Shown here: piece after piece, positions 29,306-39,805 of the stretch
How positions within the stretch are numbered: the first letter of the stretch is position 1
Layout: each line of letters starts with the position of its first letter
Source: Bdellovibrionales bacterium
GTDB taxonomy: Bacteria > Bdellovibrionota > Bdellovibrionia > Bdellovibrionales > JAUICD01
Direction of reading: 5' to 3'
DNA length: 64,000 bases
Assembly (NCBI GenBank): GCA_965197425.1
Contig: CBDANC010000014.1
Coordinates: 64,001-128,000, forward strand
Position numbers and translations under genes: made by a program
The notes under the pieces: generated by a model
Databases searched by the model: none
What the model saw: the letters and a program-made list of their open reading frames with translations, nothing else
What the model was told of the DNA's origin: nothing

Positions 29306-30073
29306 ATGAAAACCCTCATTACAGAGCTTATCGATGGAGTTTTTTACATAACAATAAATAGACCCGACTCCATGAATGCCCTAAACCCATTGGTATTTGA
29401 AGAGCTAAATCAAGCATTAGACGATGTGGACAAAGACAAATCTGTAAGAGCCTTGGTTTTAAAAGGACAAGGAAGAGCTTTTGTTGCAGGTGCTGATCTC
29501 AAAGAACTAAATTCAATGGACAACACACAGGCAAAACTATTTGTCCACACAGGACATAATACTTTAAGAAGACTCGAAGTAATGGAAATCCCTGTGATTG
29601 CTCTAGTACACGGATTTGCTCTTGGTGGTGGAATGGAACTTGCCCTAAGCTGTGATATTATAATTGCAGATGAAAAAGCTAAGTTTGGACTACCAGAAAC
29701 AAAACTTGGTTTAATACCAGGACTTGGTGGCACTCAAAGATTAATTAGAAAAATTCCTACTGCCGAAGCAGCTAGAATTATCCTTACAAGCGATATGATT
29801 ACATCCAAAAGAGCCTACGAGTTAGGCTTGGTATCGGAAGTAACTAACAATTTAGAATCAAGTCTCAACACCATGCTAGATAAAATCAAAAATAACAGCA
29901 GTGTTGCAATAAAACATGCTAAAAAAGCAATGATAGAGGGTATAAACTTACAATTTGATGAAAGCTTGTCACTAGAAAGAAAAGAATTTTTAGATTGTTT
30001 TAAAAATGAGGATGCAAAAGAAGGAATGTCAGCTTTTATCTCAAAACGAAAAGCAAAATTTAAAAATGTCTAA
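29306..30073 (+). CDS. crt: Enoyl-CoA hydratase/crotonase
   Basis: NRP..MNAL, AFVAGADL, GFALGGGMELAL, PE..LGLIPG.GGTQRL. Confidence 0.9.
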   Translation: MKTLITELIDGVFYITINRPDSMNALNPLVFEELNQALDDVDKDKSVRALVLKGQGRAFVAGADLKELNSMDNTQAKLFVHTGHNTLRRLEVMEIPVIALVHGFALGGGMELALSCDIIIADEKAKFGLPETKLGLIPGLGGTQRLIRKIPTAEAARIILTSDMITSKRAYELGLVSEVTNNLESSLNTMLDKIKNNSSVAIKHAKKAMIEGINLQFDESLSLERKEFLDCFKNEDAKEGMSAFISKRKAKFKNV

Positions 30074-33000
30074 TACACCTATAAGAATAGTAACTGCTGC
30101 AAGTTTATTTGACGGTCACGATGTCAGTATCAACATAATCCGAAGAATGCTTCAGGATGCTGGATGTGAAGTCATTCACTTAGGCCACAATAGATCTGTA
30201 ATGGAAATAGTAAGAGCTATTTTGCAAGAGTCAGCTCAAGGTGCTTGCATCAGTAGTTACCAGGGTGGCCACATGGAATTTTTTAAATACACCAAAGACC
30301 TACTTGATGAGTTTAATGCTTCTTATGTAAAGATATTTGGCGGCGGCGGCGGTGTAATTATAAAAGATGAAAAAAAAGAGCTTGAGGCATATGGAATAAC
30401 CAAAATTTTTCACCCTGACGATGGGAATCGTATGGGCCTAGAAGGTATGATAAATTATATTGTAAAAGAGTGTTCTTTTGATCTTCTAAAAGAATCACAA
30501 AAAGCAAAAAAACAAAAAATAAAAAAATCAAAACAATTACTTGAAAGAGATTTGGGATTAAAAATTCTAGAAGTTGAATTAAACAAAAAAACACCCAAGG
30601 TTTCAAATATACCTCCCATTTTAGGTGTTACTGGTACTGGCGGAGCCGGTAAATCCTCCCTGGTAGATGAATTACTTCTTAGAATTAGAGAAACTGACAA
30701 AAAAGTGGCCGTAGTATGTGTTGATCCTACCAAAAAGAAAACAGGTGGAGCATTATTAGGCGACAGAATAAGAATGAACTCACTCACCAATGATAATTTC
30801 TTTATGAGATCTATTGCATCTAGAGGATCAGGAAAAGAAATAGCAAATGAACTAAAAGCTATTATTCAAGAAATAGGTAATCATGGATTTGATCTAATTG
30901 TAGCAGAAACATCTGGAATAGGACAAGGAGATACCGCAATAACAGAAGTTGCTGATTTTAGTTTGTATGTTATGACTTCAGAATTTGGAGCCAGTACACA
31001 GTTAGAAAAAATAGATATGATAGATTATGCAGATTTTATTTCAATAAATAAGGCAGATCACAGAGGATCAAAGGACGCACTAAGAGATGTAATAAAGCAA
31101 TACAGAAGATCAAAAAAGCTATTTGATCAAGATAAATATAAAGATGAAACTTTACCTATATTTTTAACACAAGCAGCACAGTTCAATGATCGTGGAGTAA
31201 ATAAACTATTTTATTCTATTATGAAAAAACTTGGATGGAAAACTGGTAAATTACAAGAGTCTGAACTTACAACTATAATCCCTGCTTCAAGACAAGGTTA
31301 TTTGGCTGAAATTGTATCAACAATAGAAGAGTATAGAAAAAAAACAACAAAAAATATAAAGCTTGCTCAAGATCTCTATGCACTTGAAAAGTCAAAAAAG
31401 CTAGATAAAAAAATAGGAGAGTTATTAGATGAGAAAATTAACAAAATCAAAAAAGAAATAGGCAAAGCTGATCTTGAATTACTCTATTCATGGGATGAGA
31501 TAAAAGATAAATATGCTAACGAAGAGTTTTCTTATAATGTGAGGGGCAAAACTTTAAAAGTACCACTTATAACCAAATCTCTAAGCGGACTTTCGATAAA
31601 AAAAATTGTTTATCCAGATATAAGTGATTATGGAGATAGATTAAAGTTTTTAAAATTTGAAAATGTACCTGGCCATTTTCCATTTACTGCAGGTGTGTAT
31701 CCATTAAAACGATCTGATGAGATGCCTAGGAGACAATTTGCCGGCGAAGGAACACCAGACAAAACAAATAAAAGATTTCATTATCTATGTAAAAACGATA
31801 AAGCAAAGAGACTTTCTACAGCATTTGACTCTGTGACTTTGTACGGAGAAGATCCAGAGGTGAGGCCTGATATATACGGAAAAATAGGAGAGAGTGGAGT
31901 TAGTATTTGTAATTTAGAGGATATGAAACGTCTATATAAAGGCTTTGATCTAATCAATCCACAAACCAGTGTTAGTATGACTATAAATGGCCCTGCTCCA
32001 ATGATACTAGCCTACTTCATGAATACCGCAATAAACTATGAGGTTGACAAAAAAGAAAATGAACTTGGAAGAAAATTAACCCCGGAAGAATTTCATCAAA
32101 CAAAAAAAATGGTTATATCCACTGTTAGAGGAACTGTTCAAGCAGATATTTTAAAAGAGGATCAAGCTCAGAACACTTGTATTTTTAGCATTGATTTTGC
32201 TCTAAAAATGATGGGTGATATTCAGCAATATTTTATTGATAATGATGTTCGTAATTTTTATTCCGTCAGTATTTCTGGCTATCATATAGCAGAAGCAGGT
32301 GCTAATCCAATAACCCAAGCAGCATTCACTTTAGCAAACGGTTTTACATATGTAGAATATTATTTATCCAGAGGAATGAATATAGACGACTTTGCTCCTA
32401 ACTTATCATTTTTCTTTTCAAATGGATTAGACCCAGAATATTTAGTAATTGGCAGGGTAGCTAGACGAATATGGTCTGTGGTAATGAGAGATTTATACGG
32501 AGCTAATGAAAGATCTCAAAAATTGAAGTACCACATTCAAACAAGTGGAAGATCACTGCATGCACAGGAAATAGATTTTAACGATATAAGAACTACTTTA
32601 CAGTCCTTAATTGCCGTCTATGATAATTGCAACAGCCTACATACTAATGCATATGATGAGGCTATAACAACACCTACTGAAGAATCTGTCAGAAGAGCTA
32701 TGGCAATACAAATGATCATTAATCAAGAGTTTGGTGGAGCAAAAAATGAAAATATAAATCAAGGTAGTTGGTTTTTGACAGAACTTACTGATTTAGTTGA
32801 AGATACTATTTTAAAAGAATTTATGAGTTTGCATGAAAGAGGTGGTGTGCTTGGGGCCATGGAAAGACAATATCAGAGAGGTAAAATTCAAGATGAGTCA
32901 ATGTACTACGAACACCTTAAGCATTCTGGATCGTTGCCCATAATTGGAATTAACACTTACATAGATCCTAACAAATCTGAAAAACAAGAAGTAATAGAGC

Positions 33001-33227
33001 TAAGGCGTTCAACTAAAGAAGAGAAGGATTCTCAACTAAAAAATTTAAATTCCTTTAAAGAAAAAAATAAGGACAAGGCAGCTTTGGAGTTGGAAAACTT
33101 AAAGAAGACGGCTCTTTCTAATGGAAATATTTTTGAGGCACTGATGTCTGCCTCTAGACATTGTTCCCTAAAAGAGTTATCTCATGCTCTATATGAAGTT
33201 GGTGGTGGTTACCGTCGCCAGATATAA
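30066..33227 (+). CDS. icmF: Fused isobutyryl-CoA mutase/GTPase
   Basis: N-terminal B12 domain (AASLFDGHD), MeaB-like GTPase (GTGGAGKSS), C-terminal mutase barrel (LSTAFDSVTLYG, HIQTSGRSLH). Confidence 0.93.
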   Translation: MSNTPIRIVTAASLFDGHDVSINIIRRMLQDAGCEVIHLGHNRSVMEIVRAILQESAQGACISSYQGGHMEFFKYTKDLLDEFNASYVKIFGGGGGVIIKDEKKELEAYGITKIFHPDDGNRMGLEGMINYIVKECSFDLLKESQKAKKQKIKKSKQLLERDLGLKILEVELNKKTPKVSNIPPILGVTGTGGAGKSSLVDELLLRIRETDKKVAVVCVDPTKKKTGGALLGDRIRMNSLTNDNFFMRSIASRGSGKEIANELKAIIQEIGNHGFDLIVAETSGIGQGDTAITEVADFSLYVMTSEFGASTQLEKIDMIDYADFISINKADHRGSKDALRDVIKQYRRSKKLFDQDKYKDETLPIFLTQAAQFNDRGVNKLFYSIMKKLGWKTGKLQESELTTIIPASRQGYLAEIVSTIEEYRKKTTKNIKLAQDLYALEKSKKLDKKIGELLDEKINKIKKEIGKADLELLYSWDEIKDKYANEEFSYNVRGKTLKVPLITKSLSGLSIKKIVYPDISDYGDRLKFLKFENVPGHFPFTAGVYPLKRSDEMPRRQFAGEGTPDKTNKRFHYLCKNDKAKRLSTAFDSVTLYGEDPEVRPDIYGKIGESGVSICNLEDMKRLYKGFDLINPQTSVSMTINGPAPMILAYFMNTAINYEVDKKENELGRKLTPEEFHQTKKMVISTVRGTVQADILKEDQAQNTCIFSIDFALKMMGDIQQYFIDNDVRNFYSVSISGYHIAEAGANPITQAAFTLANGFTYVEYYLSRGMNIDDFAPNLSFFFSNGLDPEYLVIGRVARRIWSVVMRDLYGANERSQKLKYHIQTSGRSLHAQEIDFNDIRTTLQSLIAVYDNCNSLHTNAYDEAITTPTEESVRRAMAIQMIINQEFGGAKNENINQGSWFLTELTDLVEDTILKEFMSLHERGGVLGAMERQYQRGKIQDESMYYEHLKHSGSLPIIGINTYIDPNKSEKQEVIELRRSTKEEKDSQLKNLNSFKEKNKDKAALELENLKKTALSNGNIFEALMSASRHCSLKELSHALYEVGGGYRRQI

Positions 33228-33246
33228 AATTAGTTATGTAGTTGAT

Positions 33247-35544
33247 TTAGCGGTTATCAAAGGCAAATGTGTTATTTGAATTAATCAACTTTGTCTGTTT
33301 TTTACTAGCACTTAAATTATTAACATCTGACCAATCTTCTTTGTATATAGATTTTGAACTAGATTTGATCTCTATTGGCTTAGATAAAAATGCAAGTGCA
33401 TTATTATTTATCTTTTTAGAGTACAAAACCTTGTATATGTTGTAGTGCTTTATTACTTTTTTTACATATCCTCTTGTTTGTTTAAATGGAATATGATCTA
33501 TAAATTCATCCATATGCAGGCTATTAAAATTACCAAGCCATCTATGTATTCGGTGAGGCCCTGCATTGTATGCAGCAGACGCAAGAGCAATATTATTATC
33601 AAACTGTTTTAAAAGTCTCTGTAAATATCTTGCAGCAAACTTAATGTTTAAAGCTGGATCTTGTAATTGTTGTGATTCAAAAGATGGCATGCTGAGCATT
33701 AAAGCTATTTTTTGTCCAGTGTATGGCATTATTTGCATAAGTCCCATTGCACCTACAGGCGAGATAGCATCTTTTCTGTAATTGCTTTCTGTTTTCATGA
33801 TTGCCCAAATTAATTCTTTTTCTACATTAAATTTGTCTGAAACATCTAAAACATGCTCTTCATAAGCTTTAGGATAGGTGTTTTGCCAAATACCTCTGTT
33901 TGTTGCAACAGGGCTATGACCCATGTCTTCCTCTAGATATATCTCACCAACATAACTAGCTCTATTAAAAGCATTAATTTTATTGTAATGAGCCATAAGC
34001 AACCTTAGATTATCCTTGTCTACAGAACTCTTTTCTATGAAGTACAACTCTTCTTTTGCAAGATCGTAAAAGCCTAAACTTTCCAAATTATTTGCTCTCT
34101 CAAATCTATTTTTAAGTTTGTCGTCAGCCAGTACAACAGATGTATGCACAGTATTATCTTCTATATTATTACTGCTCAATGTCCTAGAGCCCCCGCCTAA
34201 ACTAGAAAAAGAGAAAAATCTTACCTTCTTTAATCCTTCCAACCTACTAGCCGCCGCCAAAGAATAAAAGTCATGGCTGTTATTTGATAACTCTTTTAAA
34301 ATTTGTTTTGCTTCCTCAGCCCGATCAGTTTTCAAATAGGATAAAGCTGAATAGTATTTAATTTTTCTCTCGTCTTGGCCACGGTTTGTTATAATTCTAT
34401 CAAAACCTTCTAATGCACTTTCATAATTTCCACCAAGATAGTTAGCCCAATACTTATACCATTGTGCTTTTCTAGTTAGATGTTTATTTTTTGTTCTAGT
34501 TATTAAATTAGCGAACTTATTTGAAGCTAGATTATATTGCCCACTTTGAAAATTTACAAAAGCACTGTTAAAGAGAGCCTTCTCTTTAAGTCTTCTAGAC
34601 ACTCTTGTTGTGCTTATGTAGTCATATGTCTGAGTTGATTCTTCATGTGAGCCTAATCTAGACTGTATGGTGGCAAGCAAGTTTAAGTAGTGATACTGCG
34701 TGTTTTCACCGTAGTGTTTTGATAACAGATCGTATGCCTCTTTCACAAATCCATCTTGCACTAAGTAATTAGCCAGTAATATATCCAACTCAAATTCAGA
34801 TTTTTTATTTTCCAAAAGGGCTATTTCTTCCCTGGCTCTTTTGGAAAACCCTTCGTACTGGAATCTTTTTATTCTTTTTCTTTTATCATCTAAACTAACA
34901 TTACACCTAAGAGGTATGTCTTCTACTTTTATCTTACTAAAATCAATATCCCAATTATCTATTAATTCGTGGGTTGGATATTTTGTATAAAGTCTTTTTG
35001 CCCACCTACATGCTCTCCATGCACTTTTTTGTTTTGTATCAATGCCTGTTAATCCCCATAGAACTTTTGGATAAAAATTTCTATTGTTTCTCATTGATCT
35101 TTCTAGGTGTACTAGATGCTTTCTTGCCTCTCTGAGCTTGTTTCTTTTTATTAAACTTTCTGCTAGGTAAAACTTGGCCTCATTTTTTTTAGAACTTTCT
35201 GGCTTCATTTTGATAACTTTTTTTAGTAAAAATTCTGCATTTTTATATTTGTTTAAATTTAGATAAGACACTCCTTCATAAAAATATATGTAGTCATCTA
35301 GATTAATTTTTTCACCATAGGCTATGTCTAGTTTATCTATGGTTTGTTGGTATTCAGCATTTTGGTAGTGAGCAAGCCCTAGGCCAAAATTTCTAAATCC
35401 CTTGTGTGCTTGCTCGTTTATTGAGGTGAGTGCTTTAGAGTATTCTTTGCTGTGATAATGCCTCTTAAACTCTACAAAATCATCCCCAGCAGCTTTGTGG
35501 ATGAAAAAAATTATTAATAGCAAAAAGAAGTTTCGCCAAATCAT
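33247..35544 (-). CDS. slt: TPR-containing soluble lytic murein transglycosylase
   Basis: TPR-like N-terminus; IMKTESNY, GAMGLMQIMP, AAYNAGP. Confidence 0.88.
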   Translation of the reverse strand: MIWRNFFLLLIIFFIHKAAGDDFVEFKRHYHSKEYSKALTSINEQAHKGFRNFGLGLAHYQNAEYQQTIDKLDIAYGEKINLDDYIYFYEGVSYLNLNKYKNAEFLLKKVIKMKPESSKKNEAKFYLAESLIKRNKLREARKHLVHLERSMRNNRNFYPKVLWGLTGIDTKQKSAWRACRWAKRLYTKYPTHELIDNWDIDFSKIKVEDIPLRCNVSLDDKRKRIKRFQYEGFSKRAREEIALLENKKSEFELDILLANYLVQDGFVKEAYDLLSKHYGENTQYHYLNLLATIQSRLGSHEESTQTYDYISTTRVSRRLKEKALFNSAFVNFQSGQYNLASNKFANLITRTKNKHLTRKAQWYKYWANYLGGNYESALEGFDRIITNRGQDERKIKYYSALSYLKTDRAEEAKQILKELSNNSHDFYSLAAASRLEGLKKVRFFSFSSLGGGSRTLSSNNIEDNTVHTSVVLADDKLKNRFERANNLESLGFYDLAKEELYFIEKSSVDKDNLRLLMAHYNKINAFNRASYVGEIYLEEDMGHSPVATNRGIWQNTYPKAYEEHVLDVSDKFNVEKELIWAIMKTESNYRKDAISPVGAMGLMQIMPYTGQKIALMLSMPSFESQQLQDPALNIKFAARYLQRLLKQFDNNIALASAAYNAGPHRIHRWLGNFNSLHMDEFIDHIPFKQTRGYVKKVIKHYNIYKVLYSKKINNNALAFLSKPIEIKSSSKSIYKEDWSDVNNLSASKKQTKLINSNNTFAFDNR

Positions 35545-35566
35545 GAGCAGTATGGTAACAATTCTT

Positions 35567-36952
35567 ATGGCATCATTTAAGTCAAAATATAGATATGTTT
35601 GTCAAAACTGCGGTGCTGAGAGATCAAAGTGGGAAGGTAAGTGTTCGGAATGTGGTCAGTGGAACAGTTTTGCTCAAGAATTATCAACCAAAACTTCAGA
35701 TCAAAAAAGATACTTTGGTCTAGATAATGCCCACAATGAAACGATAAAAACGACTAACATACCCAGAGAAAACTTGGATAAGTACTCTTCTGGCTCCAAG
35801 GAATTAGACAGAGCATTAGGTGGAGGCATTGTGCAGGGTAGCTTCATTTTGGTTGGTGGAAGTCCTGGTATTGGAAAATCCACCTTGTTGTTGCAGATGT
35901 CAGGTAACCTAGCTAAGGCTAAAAAGAAAGTACTCTACATCTCTTCAGAAGAAAGTGTCACGCAGACTGGAATACGGGCGGAAAGGTTAAATGTATCAGA
36001 AGATAAAGTGGAAATAGGTAGCATAAATAATCTAGAACAAGTTATAAACACTATGGTTAAGAAAAAACCTGATGTATTGATATTAGATTCAATTCAAACA
36101 GTTTTTTTGCCTGAGATTCTCTCTGCTCCTGGAAGTGTTTCACAGGTAAGAGAGTGTGCGGGTCAACTTTTAACAATTTCTAAACAACATAACATAACTG
36201 TTTTTTTGGTAGGTCACATTACTAAAGACGGACACCTTGCTGGCCCGAAGGTTTTAGAACACATGGTAGATACTGTACTATATTTTGAAGGTGACTCTGA
36301 CTATCAATATAGACTTCTAAGATCACTTAAAAATAGGTTTGGTTCTGTCCAAGAGTTAGGTGTATTTGAAATGAACCAAAACGGTCTATTGGATGTAGAT
36401 AATCCATCAAAAATGTTTTTAGATGGAAGAGTACAGTCGGTGGGAAGTGCAATAGCAGTATCAATGGAAGGTACAAGACCGTTGCTATGTGAGGTGCAAG
36501 CCCTATCTGTTAGAACCTATTCAAATATACCAAAGCGAACTTCGGTTGGAATAGATCCTAACAGGTTATTTATTGTTATGGCTGTTTTGGATAAATTTCT
36601 AAAGACAGACTTTGCTTCAAAGGATGTATTTGTCAATGTGGTATCTGGCCTTAGGATAAGAGAGCCTGCAGCTGATCTGTCCGTATGTGCTGCTCTTTTG
36701 TCTTCTGATATGAACAAGTGTTTACATAACAACATGTGTTTTTTTGGTGAAGTAGGTCTTACTGGACAAGTTAGATCTGTACCATATTCACTTTTTAGAT
36801 TTAAAGAGGGTAAAAAGTTAGGATTTGATAAATTTGTAACTTCTGGAAGCAGTGAAAAACAATTTTCTAAGGAATCATCTAAAAACGAACTAAACTCTAT
36901 TAGCTTCATCTCTCATATTGATGAATTAAAAGATATACTGTTTAAGTTGTGA
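35567..36952 (+). CDS. radA: DNA repair protein RadA/Sms
   Basis: CQNCG..KWEGKCSECG, GSPGIGKST, KNRFG. Confidence 0.96.
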   Translation: MASFKSKYRYVCQNCGAERSKWEGKCSECGQWNSFAQELSTKTSDQKRYFGLDNAHNETIKTTNIPRENLDKYSSGSKELDRALGGGIVQGSFILVGGSPGIGKSTLLLQMSGNLAKAKKKVLYISSEESVTQTGIRAERLNVSEDKVEIGSINNLEQVINTMVKKKPDVLILDSIQTVFLPEILSAPGSVSQVRECAGQLLTISKQHNITVFLVGHITKDGHLAGPKVLEHMVDTVLYFEGDSDYQYRLLRSLKNRFGSVQELGVFEMNQNGLLDVDNPSKMFLDGRVQSVGSAIAVSMEGTRPLLCEVQALSVRTYSNIPKRTSVGIDPNRLFIVMAVLDKFLKTDFASKDVFVNVVSGLRIREPAADLSVCAALLSSDMNKCLHNNMCFFGEVGLTGQVRSVPYSLFRFKEGKKLGFDKFVTSGSSEKQFSKESSKNELNSISFISHIDELKDILFKL

Positions 36953-37001
36953 CAAGAGTTTTTACTTTGACTAACGATTAAGTTTTATATAGCAATACTT
37001 T

Positions 37002-38183
37002 ATGGCTGATGGATTTAGAGATGTGTTTGTAGTGGGAGCTAAACGAACTCCATTTGGTTCTTTTCTAGGATCACTAAAAAATGTTAGCAACACGAAGTTA
37101 ACAGTAAGTTGTTCCAAAGCAGCAATAGAGCAAGCCAAGATTAAACCTGATAACATAGATCATGTAGTGGTAGGTAATGTAATTCAATCTGGATCTGATG
37201 CCATTTATTTACCAAGACATGTGGGTTTAATCTGTCAAATACCTAAGGAAGTTCCAGCTTTAGGTATAAACAGATTATGTGGCAGCGGTTTTGAGACATG
37301 GGTTCAGGCAGCAAATCTCATTAGGCTAGGTGATGCGGAAGTTGTGCTTTCCTGTGGAAGTGAACAAATGTCACAAATACCTTATGTTGTAAGGGGTGCA
37401 AGGTCTGGCAACAAGATAGGTAATACTGAAATTGAAGATGTATTAATCTCATCACTAACAGATCAGTACATAGGAGATCCTATGGCTGTTACTGCTGAGA
37501 CTCTTGCACAGCGATATAAAATATCTCGTAACAAAGCAGACCAGTATGCTTATCAATCTCAAATGAGATATAAAAAAGCCTTCGAAGGCGGTGTATTTGA
37601 TTTGGAAATTTCTAAAATAACAGATGATAAAGTATCTCTTAGTAAGGATGAGCATCCAAGGGGCGATACAACGATGGAAGGTTTAAAGAGCTTAAAAACT
37701 TTATTTAAAAAAGATGGGGTTATAACTGCAGGTAATGCATCTGGTATAGTTGATGGAGCATGTAGCACTGTATTGGCCTCACAAGAAGCCATAGATAAAC
37801 ATAATCTAAAGCCCATGGCCAAAATAGTAGGTTACGCTTCATGTGGTTGTGATCCTAAAATTATGGGTATCGGTCCGATTTATGCTATGAAAAAAGCACT
37901 AAAATTATCTAACCTATCTTTTGGTGACATGGATTTAATTGAGGTAAATGAAGCTTTTGCACCAGTTGTCTTAGCAGCACAAGAGGAATTGGATTTAGAT
38001 ATGGATATTACAAATGTAAATGGTGGTGCAATATCTGTAGGACACCCATTGGGAGCTACTGGTGTTAGAATTATGAACCATTTGGTTTACGAGATCATTA
38101 GACAAGACAAGGAGTTTGCCATTGGATCTGCCTGTATAGGTGGAGGTCAAGGAATAGCTATCATCATCAAGAGAGTAGTATAA
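37002..38183 (+). CDS. Acetyl-CoA C-acyltransferase (thiolase)
   Basis: NRLCGSG, NEAFA, GHPLGATG, CIGGGQG. Confidence 0.95.
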   Translation: MADGFRDVFVVGAKRTPFGSFLGSLKNVSNTKLTVSCSKAAIEQAKIKPDNIDHVVVGNVIQSGSDAIYLPRHVGLICQIPKEVPALGINRLCGSGFETWVQAANLIRLGDAEVVLSCGSEQMSQIPYVVRGARSGNKIGNTEIEDVLISSLTDQYIGDPMAVTAETLAQRYKISRNKADQYAYQSQMRYKKAFEGGVFDLEISKITDDKVSLSKDEHPRGDTTMEGLKSLKTLFKKDGVITAGNASGIVDGACSTVLASQEAIDKHNLKPMAKIVGYASCGCDPKIMGIGPIYAMKKALKLSNLSFGDMDLIEVNEAFAPVVLAAQEELDLDMDITNVNGGAISVGHPLGATGVRIMNHLVYEIIRQDKEFAIGSACIGGGQGIAIIIKRVV

Positions 38184-38301
38184 AAGTAAATCAATTGTTA
38201 ATTAACAAAGTCACAAACATTAATTTTTGCTCTATTATACCCGATAGGACATGGGTGTTTTTAATTATTTTTAGATATGCTGTAGATATCTGGGTAAAAC
38301 A

Positions 38302-39723
38302 GTGGCGTCATTTTCAATCTTAAAAGTTTTTTTCTTTGTTATCATTACCCTGGTAATATCCTCACTGTTTTTGTTTCTTGCATTTTGCGATCAAAAAAAA
38401 CATATTTTAAAATTAAAAAATTTGATTATAAAGTATAAAGCGAGTCTAAAAAAATATAGCACTATAATTAATATAGAAAAAGAAGTAGATAGATTATCTA
38501 ATAACAAAAACAAACTTGTCGAAGATATAAGTGAACTTGGTTCTGACTACAAAAAGTTAAAGAGCATAAGAGACATTTACTATGAAGATGTTGATCTTAT
38601 CTCTCAAGGTCATTATAAAATGCACTACGACTTTGAAAAATCTGAACGATACAAAGAAAGATTAAATAAAATTAGAGGAGAACAAAAAAACCTTATAAAA
38701 AATAAAGAAGCTATAGTATGTCCAACTTCATGGGCAGTTGGGCAATCAGAGAAAGATGGAAAACAAATGATTAATAGAGTTATAAAATTAGGATTAAATG
38801 CCTTTAATGTTCAAACAGATAATGTGATTTTAAAAGTCAATCACAACAACATTCATAGTTCAGAAGAAAGGGTAGAAAATATTTATGAAAAAATAAATAA
38901 ATTATTAAACCCTCTTCATTGTGAAATTACAGACAAGTTTTATCAATTAAAACTTGAAGAGCTCTACTTAGCATTTGAATATAAGGAAAAAGTTTTTGAG
39001 GAAAAAGAGGAACAAAAAGAAATTAAATTAAGAATGAGAGAAGAAGCAAAGGCTAAAAAGGAATACCAACAAGAGATAGAAAGAGCTAAAGCAGAAGAAG
39101 TTAGATATAACCAGGCATTAGAAGAAGCAAAACAAAAACTAGAAGAAGCAACCGAAGAAAAATTTAGCGAGTATAAAGAACACATAAACAATTTACAAAA
39201 AAAATTAGATGAAGTCCGTGCTAAAGAAAGAGCACTATCCCAAGCACAACTAACTTCCAGAGGTCATGTATATGTTATTTCAAATGAAGGTTCATTCGGT
39301 GAAAATGTTTTTAAAGTAGGTATGACAAGAAGACTTGACCCTATGGAGCGCGTAAAAGAACTAGGAGATGCTTCTGTTCCATTTGGTTTTGATGTTCATG
39401 CTATTATTTTTAGTGAAGAGGCGCCTAAGATGGAAAAGGAACTGCACCGAATATTTGATACTTATCGAATAAATAAGATTAATAACAGAAAGGAATTTTT
39501 CAGAATTGATCTAGATTATATCGAAAACGCTTGTAGACAACTGGGAGCTAAGGTTCAATTTACTAAATTGGCAGAGGCTTATGAATATAAAGAGTCTTTA
39601 AAGATAGAACAAGAATTGAAAAAGGAATCCTTTATAGAACATGAAAATGCAAACAATGGTGTAGGTCAGGATACAAAATCAGAAGATTTAATAGCAGATG
39701 AAATTTTGAAAAAAGTAAGTTAA
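38302..39723 (+). CDS. TM + DUF4041 + T5orf172/GIY-YIG-like nuclease (SNIPE/PD-lambda-1-like antiphage protein)
   Basis: N-terminal hydrophobic helix, coiled coil, GHVYVISNEGSFG...KVGMTRRLDPMERVKELGDASVPF...NNRKEFF. Confidence 0.85.
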   Translation: MASFSILKVFFFVIITLVISSLFLFLAFCDQKKHILKLKNLIIKYKASLKKYSTIINIEKEVDRLSNNKNKLVEDISELGSDYKKLKSIRDIYYEDVDLISQGHYKMHYDFEKSERYKERLNKIRGEQKNLIKNKEAIVCPTSWAVGQSEKDGKQMINRVIKLGLNAFNVQTDNVILKVNHNNIHSSEERVENIYEKINKLLNPLHCEITDKFYQLKLEELYLAFEYKEKVFEEKEEQKEIKLRMREEAKAKKEYQQEIERAKAEEVRYNQALEEAKQKLEEATEEKFSEYKEHINNLQKKLDEVRAKERALSQAQLTSRGHVYVISNEGSFGENVFKVGMTRRLDPMERVKELGDASVPFGFDVHAIIFSEEAPKMEKELHRIFDTYRINKINNRKEFFRIDLDYIENACRQLGAKVQFTKLAEAYEYKESLKIEQELKKESFIEHENANNGVGQDTKSEDLIADEILKKVS

Positions 39724-39805
39724 AGCTAAACTCCTAAACAATTAAACAAAGATTTCTTTGTACAACCACTATATTAATGTTAAAAGAGTATTGTTCTGAG
39801 GACTC

